DNA of 64,000 nt from Eledone cirrhosa (Eukaryota). The number at the start of each line of letters is the position of its first letter. Position 1 is the stretch's first letter. Position numbers and translations under genes: made by a program. The notes under the pieces are model-generated. The model was not told where the DNA came from, did no database searches, and saw only the letters and a program-made list of their open reading frames with translations. Positions 52,101 through 64,000 of the stretch are shown piece by piece. The DNA lies in assembly GCA_964016885.1 (NCBI GenBank), contig OZ024745.1:64232001-64296000 (forward strand), read 5' to 3'.

Positions 52101-54131
52101 CGTCTTTTTACAAATTATCTCCCCTTTTTTTACAAACTATCTCTCCCTGATTTTTATTACAAATTATCTCCCCCTGATTATTTTTACAAATTATCTCCCC
52201 CTTATTTCTTTTACAAATGATCTCCACCTGATTTTTGTTACAAATTGTCTCCCCTTGATTTCTTTTACAAATTATCTCCCCCTGATTTTTTTTTACAAAT
52301 TATCTCCCCGTTTTTTTTTTAAATTATCTTCCTCTGATTTTTTTTACAAATTATCTCCACCGATTGTTTTTACCAATTATCTCCACCTCATTTTTTTTAC
52401 AAATTATCACCCCTTATTTATTTTACAAATTAACTCCCGCGGATTTTTTTTCTCAATTATCTCCCCGTTTTTTAAACAAATTATCTCCCCGTCTTTTTAC
52501 AAATTATCTCCCCGTTTGTTTTACAAATTAACTCCTCCTGATTTTTTTACAAATTATCTCCCCCGGATTTTTCTTATGAATTATCTCCCCGTTATTTTAC
52601 AATTTATCTCCCCGTCTTTTTACAAATTATCTCCCCCTGATTTTTTTTACAAATTATCTCCTGATTTTTTTACAAATTATCTCCCCCTGTTTTTTTTATA
52701 AATTATCTCCCCCTTATTTTTTTTACAAATTACCTCCCGCTGATTTTTTTTACAAATTATCTCCCCCTTTTTTTTACATATCTCATGTTTTTTTTACAAA
52801 TTATCACCACGTTTTTTTTACAAATTATTTCCCCTTTTTTTACAAACTATCTCTCCCTGATTTTTATTACAAATTATCTCCCCCTGATTATTTTTACAAA
52901 TTATCTCCCCCTTATTTCTTTTACAAATGATCTCCACCTGATTTTTGTTACAAATTATCTCCCCTTGATTTCTTTTACAAATTATCTCCCCCTGATTTTT
53001 TTTTACAAATTTTCTCCCCGTTTTTTTTAAAATTATCTCCCTCTGATTTTTTTTACAAATTATCTCCACCGATTGTTTTTACCAATTATCTCTCCCTCAT
53101 TTTTTTTACAAATTATCTCCCCCTTATTTTTTTAATAAATTATCTCCCCCTGATTTTTTTTACAAATTATCTCCCCCGGAATTTTTTACAAATTATCTCC
53201 CCGTTTTTTTAAAAATTATCTCCCTCTGATTTTTTTTACAAATTATCTCCACCGATTGTTTTTACCAATTATCTCCACCTCATTTTTTTTACAAATTATC
53301 ACCCCTTATTTTTTTTACAAATTATCTCCCCCGGAATTTTTTATGAATTATCACCCCGTTTTTTTTTAAAATTATCTCCCCCTGCTTGTTTTACAAGTTA
53401 ATTCTGATTTTTTTACAAATTATCTCCCCCGTTTTTTTTACAAATTATCTCCCCCTTTTTTTTTACAAATTACATCCCCCTTTTTTTTACAAATTATCTC
53501 CACGTTTTTTTACAAATTATCTCCCCCTGTTTTTTTTACATATCTCCCTATTTTTTATTACAAATTATCTCCCCGTTTTTTTACAAATTATCTCCACCGA
53601 TTGTTTTTACCAATTATCTCCCCCTCATTTTTTTTACAAATTATCTCCCCCTTATTTATTTTACAAATTATCTCCCCCTGATTTTTTTTTTACAAATTAT
53701 CTCCCCGTTTTTTAAAAAAATTATCTCCCCCTGATTTTTTTAACAAATTATCTCCACCGATTGTTTTTACCAATTATCTCCCCCTCATTTTTTTTACAAA
53801 TTATCTCCCCCTTATTTATTTTACAAATTATCTCCCCCGGATTTTTTTTATCAATTATCTCCCCGTTTTTTTAACAAATTATTTCCCCGTCTTTTTACAA
53901 ATTATCTCCCCGTTTGTTTTACAAATTAACTCCTCCTGATTTTTTTACAAATTATCTCCCCCGGATTTTTTTTATGAATTATCTCCCCGTTATTTTACAA
54001 TTTATCTCCCCGTCTTTTTGCAAATTATCTCCCCCTGATTTTTTTTACAAATTATCTCCTGATTTTTTTACAAATTATCTCCCCCTGTTTTTTTTATAAA
54101 TTATCTCCCCCTTATTTTTTTTACAAATTAC

Positions 54132-57100
54132 CTCCCCCTGATTTTTTTTACAAATTATCTCCCCCTTTTATTTACATATCTCCTGTTTTTTTTACAAATT
54201 ATGTCCACGTTTTTTTTACAAATTATCTCCCCCTGTTTTTTTTACAAATTATCTCCCCTTTTTTTACAAACTATCTCTCCCTGATTTTTATTACAAATTA
54301 TCTCCCCCTGATTATTTTTACAAATTATCTCCCCCTTATTTCTTTTACAAATGATCTCCACCTGATTTTTGTTACAAATTATCTCCCCTTGATTTCTTTT
54401 ACAAATTATCTCCCCCTGATTTTTTTTTACAAATTATCTCCCCGTTTTTTTTTTAAATTATCTCCCTCTGATTTTTTTTACAAATTATCTCCACCGATTG
54501 TTTTTACCAATTATCTCCCCCTCATTTTTTTTACAAATTATCTCCCTCTTATTTTTTTAATAAATTATCTCCCCCTGATTTTTTTTACAAATTATCTCCC
54601 CCGGATTTTTTTTATGAATTATCTCCCCGTTTTTTTAAAAATTATCTCCCCCTGCTTGTTTTACAAGTTAACTCCTGATTTTTTTACAAATTATCTCCCC
54701 CGGATTTTTTTTATGAATTATCTACCCGTTATTTTACAATTTATCTCCCCGTCTTTTTACAAATTATCTCCCCCGGATTTTTGTTCACAAATTATCTCCC
54801 CCTGTTTTTTTTAAAATATTATCTCCCCTGATTTTTTTTACAAATTATCTCGGTCTGATTTTTTTTACGAATTATCTCCCCCTGTTTTTTTTACAAATTA
54901 TCTCTTCCTATTTTTTACAAATTATCTCCCCGTTTTTTTAAAAATTGTTTCCCCCTGATTTTTTTTACGAATTATCTCGCCGTGATTTTTTTTACAAATT
55001 ATCTCGCCGTGATTTTTTTTACAAATTATCTACCCGTTTTTTTACAAATTATCTCTTCCTGTTTCTTTAACAAGTTATCTCCCTATTTACAAATTATCTC
55101 CCCCTTACATTTTTTAAAAATTTTCTCCCCCTGATTTTTTTTACAAATTATCTCCCCGTTTTTTTACAAATTCTCTTCGTTTTTTTTTACAAATTATCTC
55201 CCCGTTTTTTTACAAATTATTTCCCTTTTTTACAAATTATCTCCCCCTGATTTTTTTTACAAATTGTCTCTGATTCTTTTTATAAATTATCTCCCCCTGA
55301 TTTTTTTTACAAATTATCTCCCCGTTTTTTTACAAATTATCTCTTTCTGTTTTTTTACAAAATATCTCCCCCTGTTTTTTTTTACAAATTATCTCCCCCT
55401 GATTTCTTTTATAAATTATCTCCCCCTGATTTTTTTTTAAAATTATCTTCCCCTGATTTTTTTACAAATTATCTCCCCCGGATTTTTTTCATGAATCATC
55501 TCCCCGTTTTTTTTACAAATTATCTCCTGATGTTTTTTACAAATTATCTCCCCCTGTTTGTTTTACAAATTATCTCCCTATTTTTTTTTACAAAATATCT
55601 CCCTGTTATTTTACAAATCATCTCCCCGTCTTTTTTTTACAAATTATCTCGCCCTGATTTTTTCTTACGAATTATCTCCCACTATTTTTTTTACAAATTA
55701 TCTCTTTTTTTTTTACAAATTATCTCCCCTTAATTTCTTTTACAAATTATCTCCGCCTGATTTTTTTTTACAAATTATCTCCCCGTTTTTTTTAAAATTA
55801 TCTCCCCCTGATTTTTTTTACAAATTATCTCCGTTTTTTTTACAAATTATCTCCCGCGGTTTTTTTTACAAATTATTTCCCCCTTACTTTCTTTTCAAAT
55901 TATCTGCCCCTGATTTTTTTTACAAATTATCTCCCCGATTTTTTTTTACAAATTATCTCCCCATGATTTTTATTTTACAAATTATCTCCCCGTTTTTTTA
56001 AAAATTATTTCCTCCGGATTTTTTTTACAAATTATCTCGCCGTGATTTTTTTTACAAATTATCTCGCCGTGACTTTTTTTACAAATTATCTCGCCGTGAT
56101 TTTTTTTACAAATTATCTACCCGTTTTTTTTACAAATTATCTCACCCTTACATTTTTTAAAAATTATCTCCCCCTGATTTTTTTTACAAATTATCTCCCT
56201 CTGTTTTATTTACAAATTATCTCTTCCTGTTTTTTTTACAAATTATCTCCCCCGTTTTTTTTTTACAAATTATCTCCCCTGATTTCATTTACAAATTATC
56301 TCTCCCTGATTTCTTTTACAAATTACGTCCCCCTGATTTTTTTTTACAAACTATCTCCCCGTTTTTTTTACAAATTCTCTTCGTTTTTTTTACAAATTAT
56401 CTCCCCGTTTTTTTACAAATTATTTCCCCTTTTTTTTACAAATTATCTCCCCCTGATTTTTTTTACAAATTGTCTCTGATTCTTTTTACAAATTATCTCG
56501 CCCTGATTTTTTTTACAAATTATCTCCCCGTTTTTTTACAAATTATCTCTTCCTGTTTTTTTACGAAATATCTCCCCCTGTTTTTTTTTACAAATTATCT
56601 CCCCCTGATTTCTTTTATAAATTATCTCCCCCTGATTTTTTTTTAAAATTATCTTCCCCTGATTTTTTTACAAATTATCTCCCCCGGATTTTTTTCATGA
56701 ATCATCTCCCCGTTTTTTTTACAAATTATCTCCTGATGTTTTTTACAAATTATCTCTCCCTGTTTGTTTTACAAATTATCTCCCTATTTTTTTTTACAAA
56801 ATATCTCCGCGTTATTTTTTTTGTAAAAATTACCTCCCCCTGATTTTTTTTACAAATTATCTCCGCGTTTTTTTTACAAATTATGTCCCACTGATTTTTT
56901 TTTATAAATTATCTCTCCCTGATTGTTTTTACAAATTATCTCCCCCTTTTTTTACACATTATCTCCGCGTTTTTTTACTAATTAACTCCCGATTTTTTTT
57001 ATACAAATTGTCTCCCCCTGATTTTTTTTAGAATTTATATCCCCCTGATTTTTTTTTACAAAATATCTCCCCCTGATTTTTTTTTACAAATTATTTACCT

Positions 57101-60100
57101 CGGATTTTTTTTACAAATTATCTCTCCCTGATTGTTTTTACAAATTATCTCTCCCTTTTATTTTACACATTATCACCGCTTTTTTTACAAATAATCTCCC
57201 CCTATTTTTTTTACAAATTATTTCCCCCTGATTGTTTTTACATATTGTATCCCCCTGATTTTTTTACAAAATATCTCCCCCTGATTTTTTTTTACAAATT
57301 ATTTACCTCGGATTTTTTTTACAAATTATCTCTTCCTGATTGTTTTTACAAATTATCTCCCCCTTTTATTTTACACATTATCACCGCTTTTTTTACAAAT
57401 AATCTCCCCCTATTTCTTTTACAAATTATTTCCCCCTGATTGTTTTTACATATTGTATCCCCCGGATTTTTTTTACAAATTATCTCCTCGATTTTTTTAC
57501 AAATTATCTCCCCCGGATTTTTTTTATAAATTATCTCTCCTTGATTGTTTTTACAAATTATCTCCCCCTTTTTTTTACACATTATCTCCGCGTTTTTTTA
57601 CAAATTATCTCCCGATTTTTTTTTTACAAATTGTCTCCCCCTGATTTTTTTTAGAATTTATCTCCCCCTGATTTTTTTTACAAAATATCTCCCCCTGCTA
57701 TTTTTTACAAATTATCTCCCTCTGATTTCTTTTATAAATTATCTCCCACAGATTTTTTTATAAATTATCTCCCCGTTTTTTTTACAAATTAACTCTCCCT
57801 GATTATTTTTACAAATTATCACCCCCTTTTATTTTACACATTATCTCCTGTTTTTTTACAAATTATCTCCCCGTTTTTTTACAAATTATCTCCTGCTGTT
57901 TTATTTACAAATTATCTCTCCCTGATTTTTTTTACAAATTATATCCCCCTGATTGTTTTTACAAATTATCTCCCCTTGTTTTTTTTTACAAATTATACCC
58001 CCCTGATTTCTTTTACAAATTATCTCCCCCTGATTTTTTTTACAAATTATATCCATCTGTTTTTTTTACAAAGTATCTCCCCGTTTTTTTACAGATTATC
58101 TCCTCCAGTTTTATTTTACAAATTATATCCACCTATTGTTTTTACAAATTATCACGCCCTCAATTTTTTTACAAATTATCTCCCCCTGATTTTTTTTACA
58201 AATTATCTCTTCCTGTTTTTTTTACAAAATATCTCCCCGTTTTTTTTTACAAATTATCTCCCCTTGATTTCTTTTACAAATTATCTCCCCCTGATTTTTT
58301 TTTACAAATTATCTGCCCGTTTTTTTTTTAAATTATCTCCCCCTGCTTTTTTTCACAAATTATCTCCACCGATTGTTTTTACCAATTATCTCCCCCTCAT
58401 TTTTTTTTACAAATTATCTCATTTTTTTTATAGATTATCTCCCCCTGATTTTTTTTACAAATTGTCTGATTTTTTTTACAAATTATCTCCCCGTTTTTTT
58501 ACAAATTATCTCTTCCTGTTTTTTTTACAAAATATCTCCCCCTGCTTTTTTTTTACAAATTATCTCCCTCTGATATCTTTTATAAATTATCTCCACCTGA
58601 TTTTTTTAAAAAAATTATCTCACCCGGATTTTTTTTACAAATTATCTCCCACGGATTTTTTTTAAAAATTATCTCCCCGTTTTTTTACAAATAATCTCCT
58701 GATTTTTTTCACAAATTATCTACCCGTCATTTTTTTTACAAATTATCTCCTTATTTTTTTACAAATTATCTCCCCCTTATTTTTTTTACAAATTATCTCC
58801 CCGTTTTTTTTAAAAATGATCTCTTTTTTTTACAAAATATCTCCCCGTATTTTTTTACAAATTATCTCCCTCTGATTTCTTTTACAAATTATCTCCCCCT
58901 GATTTCTTTTTACAAATTATCTCCCCCTGATTTTTTTTTACAAATTATCTCCCCCGCATTTTTTTGACAAATTATCTCTTCCCCATTGTTTTTACTAATT
59001 ATCTCTCCCGGATTTTTTTAATAAATTATCTCCCCTTTTTTTTACACATTATCTCCGCGTTTATTTTACAAATTATCTCCCCCTGATTTTTTTAAAAATT
59101 TATCTCCCCCTGATTTTTTTAGAAATTATCTCCACCTGATTTTTGTTACAAATTATCTCCCCCTCATTTTTTTTACAAATTATTTTCCCCTTATTTTTTT
59201 TACAAATTATCTCACCGTTATTTTACAAATGATCTCCCGCTGTTTTATTTACAAATCATCTCTCCCTGATTTTTTTTACAAATTATTTCCACCTGATTGT
59301 TTTTACAAATTATCTCACCCTCATTTTTTTTACAAATTATCTCCCCTGATTTCTTTTACAAATTATATCCCCCTGATTTCTTTTACAAATTATCTCCCCC
59401 TGATTTTTTCAAAAATTTATCACACCCTGATTTTTTTTAGAAATTATCTCTGTTTTTTTACAAATTATCTCTACCTGATTTTTTTTACAAATTATCTCCA
59501 CATGAATTTTTTTACGAATTGTCTCGCCCTGATTTTTTTTATAAATTATCTCTCCCTGATTGTTTTTACAAATTATCTCCCCCTTTTATTTTACCCATTA
59601 TCTCCGCTTTTTTTACAAATTATTTGCCCCTGTTTTTTTACAAATTATCTCCCCCTTTTATTTTACCCATTATCTCCGCTTTTTTTACAAATTATTTGCC
59701 CCTGTTTTTTTTACAAATTATCTCCCCTGATTTTTTTAACAAATTATCTCGCCCTGATTTTTTTAACGAATTATCTCCCCTTATTTTTTTTACAAATTAT
59801 CTCTTCCTGTTTTTCTTTACAAATTATCTCCCCCTGATTTTTTTTACAAATTATCTCCCCCTTTTATTTACATATCTCCTGTTTTTTTTACAAATTATGT
59901 CCACGTTTTTTTTACAAATTATCTCCCCCTGTTTTTTTTACAAATTATCTCCCCTTTTTTTACAAACTATCTCTCCCTGATTTTTATTACAAATTATCTC
60001 CCCCTGATTATTTTTACAAATTATCTCCCCCTTATTTCTTTTACAAATGATCTCCACCTGATTTTTGTTACAAATTATCTCCCCTTGATTTCTTTTACAA

Positions 60101-63100
60101 ATTATCTCCCCCTGATTTTTTTTTACAAATTATCTCCCCGTTTTTTTTTTAAATTATCTCCCTCTGATTTTTTTTACAAATTATCTCCACCGATTGTTTT
60201 TACCAATTATCTCCCCCTCATTTTTTTTACAAATTATCTCCCTCTTATTTTTTTAATAAATTATCTCCCCCTGATTTTTTTTACAAATTATCTCCCCCGG
60301 ATTTTTTTTATGAATTATCTCCCCGTTTTTTTAAAAATTATCTCCCCCTGCTTGTTTTACAAGTTAACTCCTGATTTTTTTACAAATTATCTCCCCCGGA
60401 TTTTTTTTATGAATTATCTACCCGTTATTTTACAATTTATCTCCCCGTCTTTTTACAAATTATCTCCCCCGGATTTTTGTTCACAAATTATCTCCCCCTG
60501 TTTTTTTTAAAATATTATCTCCCCTGATTTTTTTTACAAATTATCTCGGTCTGATTTTTTTTACGAATTATCTCCCCCTGTTTTTTTTACAAATTATCTC
60601 TTCCTATTTTTTACAAATTATCTCCCCGTTTTTTTAAAAATTGTTTCCCCCTGATTTTTTTTACGAATTATCTCGCCGTGATTTTTTTTACAAATTATCT
60701 CGCCGTGATTTTTTTTACAAATTATCTACCCGTTTTTTTACAAATTATCTCTTCCTGTTTCTTTAACAAGTTATCTCCCTATTTACAAATTATCTCCCCC
60801 TTACATTTTTTAAAAATTTTCTCCCCCTGATTTTTTTTACAAATTATCTCCCCGTTTTTTTACAAATTCTCTTCGTTTTTTTTTACAAATTATCTCCCCG
60901 TTTTTTTACAAATTATTTCCCTTTTTTACAAATTATCTCCCCCTGATTTTTTTTACAAATTGTCTCTGATTCTTTTTATAAATTATCTCCCCCTGATTTT
61001 TTTTACAAATTATCTCCCCGTTTTTTTACAAATTATCTCTTTCTGTTTTTTTACAAAATATCTCCCCCTGTTTTTTTTTACAAATTATCTCCCCCTGATT
61101 TCTTTTATAAATTATCTCCCCCTGATTTTTTTTTAAAATTATCTTCCCCTGATTTTTTTACAAATTATCTCCCCCGGATTTTTTTCATGAATCATCTCCC
61201 CGTTTTTTTTACAAATTATCTCCTGATGTTTTTTACAAATTATCTCCCCCTGTTTGTTTTACAAATTATCTCCCTATTTTTTTTTACAAAATATCTCCCT
61301 GTTATTTTACAAATCATCTCCCCGTCTTTTTTTTACAAATTATCTCGCCCTGATTTTTTCTTACGAATTATCTCCCACTATTTTTTTTACAAATTATCTC
61401 TTTTTTTTTTACAAATTATCTCCCCTTAATTTCTTTTACAAATTATCTCCGCCTGATTTTTTTTTACAAATTATCTCCCCGTTTTTTTTAAAATTATCTC
61501 CCCCTGATTTTTTTTACAAATTATCTCCGTTTTTTTTACAAATTATCTCCCGCGGTTTTTTTTACAAATTATTTCCCCCTTACTTTCTTTTCAAATTATC
61601 TGCCCCTGATTTTTTTTACAAATTATCTCCCCGATTTTTTTTTACAAATTATCTCCCCATGATTTTTATTTTACAAATTATCTCCCCGTTTTTTTAAAAA
61701 TTATTTCCTCCGGATTTTTTTTACAAATTATCTCGCCGTGATTTTTTTTACAAATTATCTCGCCGTGACTTTTTTTACAAATTATCTCGCCGTGATTTTT
61801 TTTACAAATTATCTACCCGTTTTTTTTACAAATTATCTCACCCTTACATTTTTTAAAAATTATCTCCCCCTGATTTTTTTTACAAATTATCTCCCTCTGT
61901 TTTATTTACAAATTATCTCTTCCTGTTTTTTTTACAAATTATCTCCCCCGTTTTTTTTTTACAAATTATCTCCCCTGATTTCATTTACAAATTATCTCTC
62001 CCTGATTTCTTTTACAAATTACGTCCCCCTGATTTTTTTTTACAAACTATCTCCCCGTTTTTTTTACAAATTCTCTTCGTTTTTTTTACAAATTATCTCC
62101 CCGTTTTTTTACAAATTATTTCCCCTTTTTTTTACAAATTATCTCCCCCTGATTTTTTTTACAAATTGTCTCTGATTCTTTTTACAAATTATCTCGCCCT
62201 GATTTTTTTTACAAATTATCTCCCCGTTTTTTTACAAATTATCTCTTCCTGTTTTTTTACGAAATATCTCCCCCTGTTTTTTTTTACAAATTATCTCCCC
62301 CTGATTTCTTTTATAAATTATCTCCCCCTGATTTTTTTTTAAAATTATCTTCCCCTGATTTTTTTACAAATTATCTCCCCCGGATTTTTTTCATGAATCA
62401 TCTCCCCGTTTTTTTTACAAATTATCTCCTGATGTTTTTTACAAATTATCTCTCCCTGTTTGTTTTACAAATTATCTCCCTATTTTTTTTTACAAAATAT
62501 CTCCGCGTTATTTTTTTTGTAAAAATTACCTCCCCCTGATTTTTTTTACAAATTATCTCCGCGTTTTTTTTACAAATTATGTCCCACTGATTTTTTTTTA
62601 TAAATTATCTCTCCCTGATTGTTTTTACAAATTATCTCCCCCTTTTTTTACACATTATCTCCGCGTTTTTTTACTAATTAACTCCCGATTTTTTTTATAC
62701 AAATTGTCTCCCCCTGATTTTTTTTAGAATTTATATCCCCCTGATTTTTTTTTACAAAATATCTCCCCCTGATTTTTTTTTACAAATTATTTACCTCGGA
62801 TTTTTTTTACAAATTATCTCTCCCTGATTGTTTTTACAAATTATCTCTCCCTTTTATTTTACACATTATCACCGCTTTTTTTACAAATAATCTCCCCCTA
62901 TTTTTTTTACAAATTATTTCCCCCTGATTGTTTTTACATATTGTATCCCCCTGATTTTTTTACAAAATATCTCCCCCTGATTTTTTTTTACAAATTATTT
63001 ACCTCGGATTTTTTTTACAAATTATCTCTTCCTGATTGTTTTTACAAATTATCTCCCCCTTTTATTTTACACATTATCACCGCTTTTTTTACAAATAATC

Positions 63101-64000
63101 TCCCCCTATTTCTTTTACAAATTATTTCCCCCTGATTGTTTTTACATATTGTATCCCCCGGATTTTTTTTACAAATTATCTCCTCGATTTTTTTACAAAT
63201 TATCTCCCCCGGATTTTTTTTATAAATTATCTCTCCTTGATTGTTTTTACAAATTATCTCCCCCTTTTTTTTACACATTATCTCCGCGTTTTTTTACAAA
63301 TTATCTCCCGATTTTTTTTTTACAAATTGTCTCCCCCTGATTTTTTTTAGAATTTATCTCCCCCTGATTTTTTTTACAAAATATCTCCCCCTGCTATTTT
63401 TTACAAATTATCTCCCTCTGATTTCTTTTATAAATTATCTCCCACAGATTTTTTTATAAATTATCTCCCCGTTTTTTTTACAAATTAACTCTCCCTGATT
63501 ATTTTTACAAATTATCACCCCCTTTTATTTTACACATTATCTCCTGTTTTTTTACAAATTATCTCCCCGTTTTTTTACAAATTATCTCCTGCTGTTTTAT
63601 TTACAAATTATCTCTCCCTGATTTTTTTTACAAATTATATCCCCCTGATTGTTTTTACAAATTATCTCCCCTTGTTTTTTTTTACAAATTATACCCCCCT
63701 GATTTCTTTTACAAATTATCTCCCCCTGATTTTTTTTACAAATTATATCCATCTGTTTTTTTTACAAAGTATCTCCCCGTTTTTTTACAGATTATCTCCT
63801 CCAGTTTTATTTTACAAATTATATCCACCTATTGTTTTTACAAATTATCACGCCCTCAATTTTTTTACAAATTATCTCCCCCTGATTTTTTTTACAAATT
63901 ATCTCTTCCTGTTTTTTTTACAAAATATCTCCCCGTTTTTTTTTACAAATTATCTCCCCTTGATTTCTTTTACAAATTATCTCCCCCTGATTTTTTTTTA
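54132..64000 (+). repeat. 5,696-bp tandem duplication (54132-59827, second copy 59828 to window end)
   Basis: Constant offset of 5,696 for ORFs 54389/60085, 55491/61187, 56042/61738, 57245/62941 and 57545/63241. The window end matches ~58304. Confidence 0.92.

Larger units (their letters stand above)
11324..64000 (+). repeat. Large tandem satellite, ~27-bp monomer (T7-9)ACAAATTATCTCCCCCTGA, running off the window end
   Basis: Continuous head-to-tail monomers of about 21-30 bp. The core TTACAAATTATCTC is conserved and the C-tract/linker is variable (CTGA, CTG, CG, CTTA, CTCA, CGGA). Roughly 2,000 copies by length estimate, all in one orientation. Confidence 0.99.

Noticed and set aside
11324-64000. 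Over 100 ORFs of FFTNYLPL / FYKLSPPD / LQIISP (plus strand) and EIICKK (minus strand) type
   Set aside because: They follow from a 27-bp (9-codon) monomer with stop-free frames. Frames shift at every homopolymer length change, so there is no sign of coding constraint.
11324-64000. CRISPR-like array (constant core plus variable part)
   Set aside because: The variable parts are ~10-bp mutated versions of one linker, not unique spacers. There are no cas genes and the context is eukaryotic.
11324-64000. Telomerase-made telomeric repeat
   Set aside because: There is no TTAGGG-type unit. The G-rich strand points toward the unique flank rather than outward, and kb-scale duplications of variants indicate recombinational growth.

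Overview
This is AT-rich eukaryotic (animal) DNA with no recognisable host gene. The SINE families and dense (TA)n/(GTCT)n microsatellites resemble octopus/coleoid cephalopod sequence, recognised from memory and not database-checked. The window has two compartments. (1) 1-11.3 kb is a retroelement graveyard: a probable R4/Dong remnant, an RTE (Expander/Rex3-like) 3' end, several tRNA-derived SINE remnants, and three Penelope-like element (PLE) pieces. Each PLE piece carries a type I hammerhead ribozyme motif and ends at a (TA)n tract. One forms a 347-bp fold-back with a hammerhead on each strand. The largest (9.38-11.32 kb, minus strand) still encodes RT motifs B/C, thumb, a Cys linker and a damaged GIY-YIG endonuclease. 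(2) 11.32-64 kb is one uninterrupted, single-orientation satellite of ~27-bp monomers (T7-9 ACAAATTATCTCCCCCTGA). It starts exactly where the PLE RT is cut off and has nested ~1.0, 1.2, 2.1, 3.6, 5.7 and 6.8 kb duplications. The satellite ORFs in the track are artefacts of the 27-bp period. I cannot claim a demonstrably new system. The best leads are the ribozyme fold-back, the hammerhead/(TA)n pattern, the PLE-satellite junction and the satellite's GATA/G-tract/A-tract architecture.
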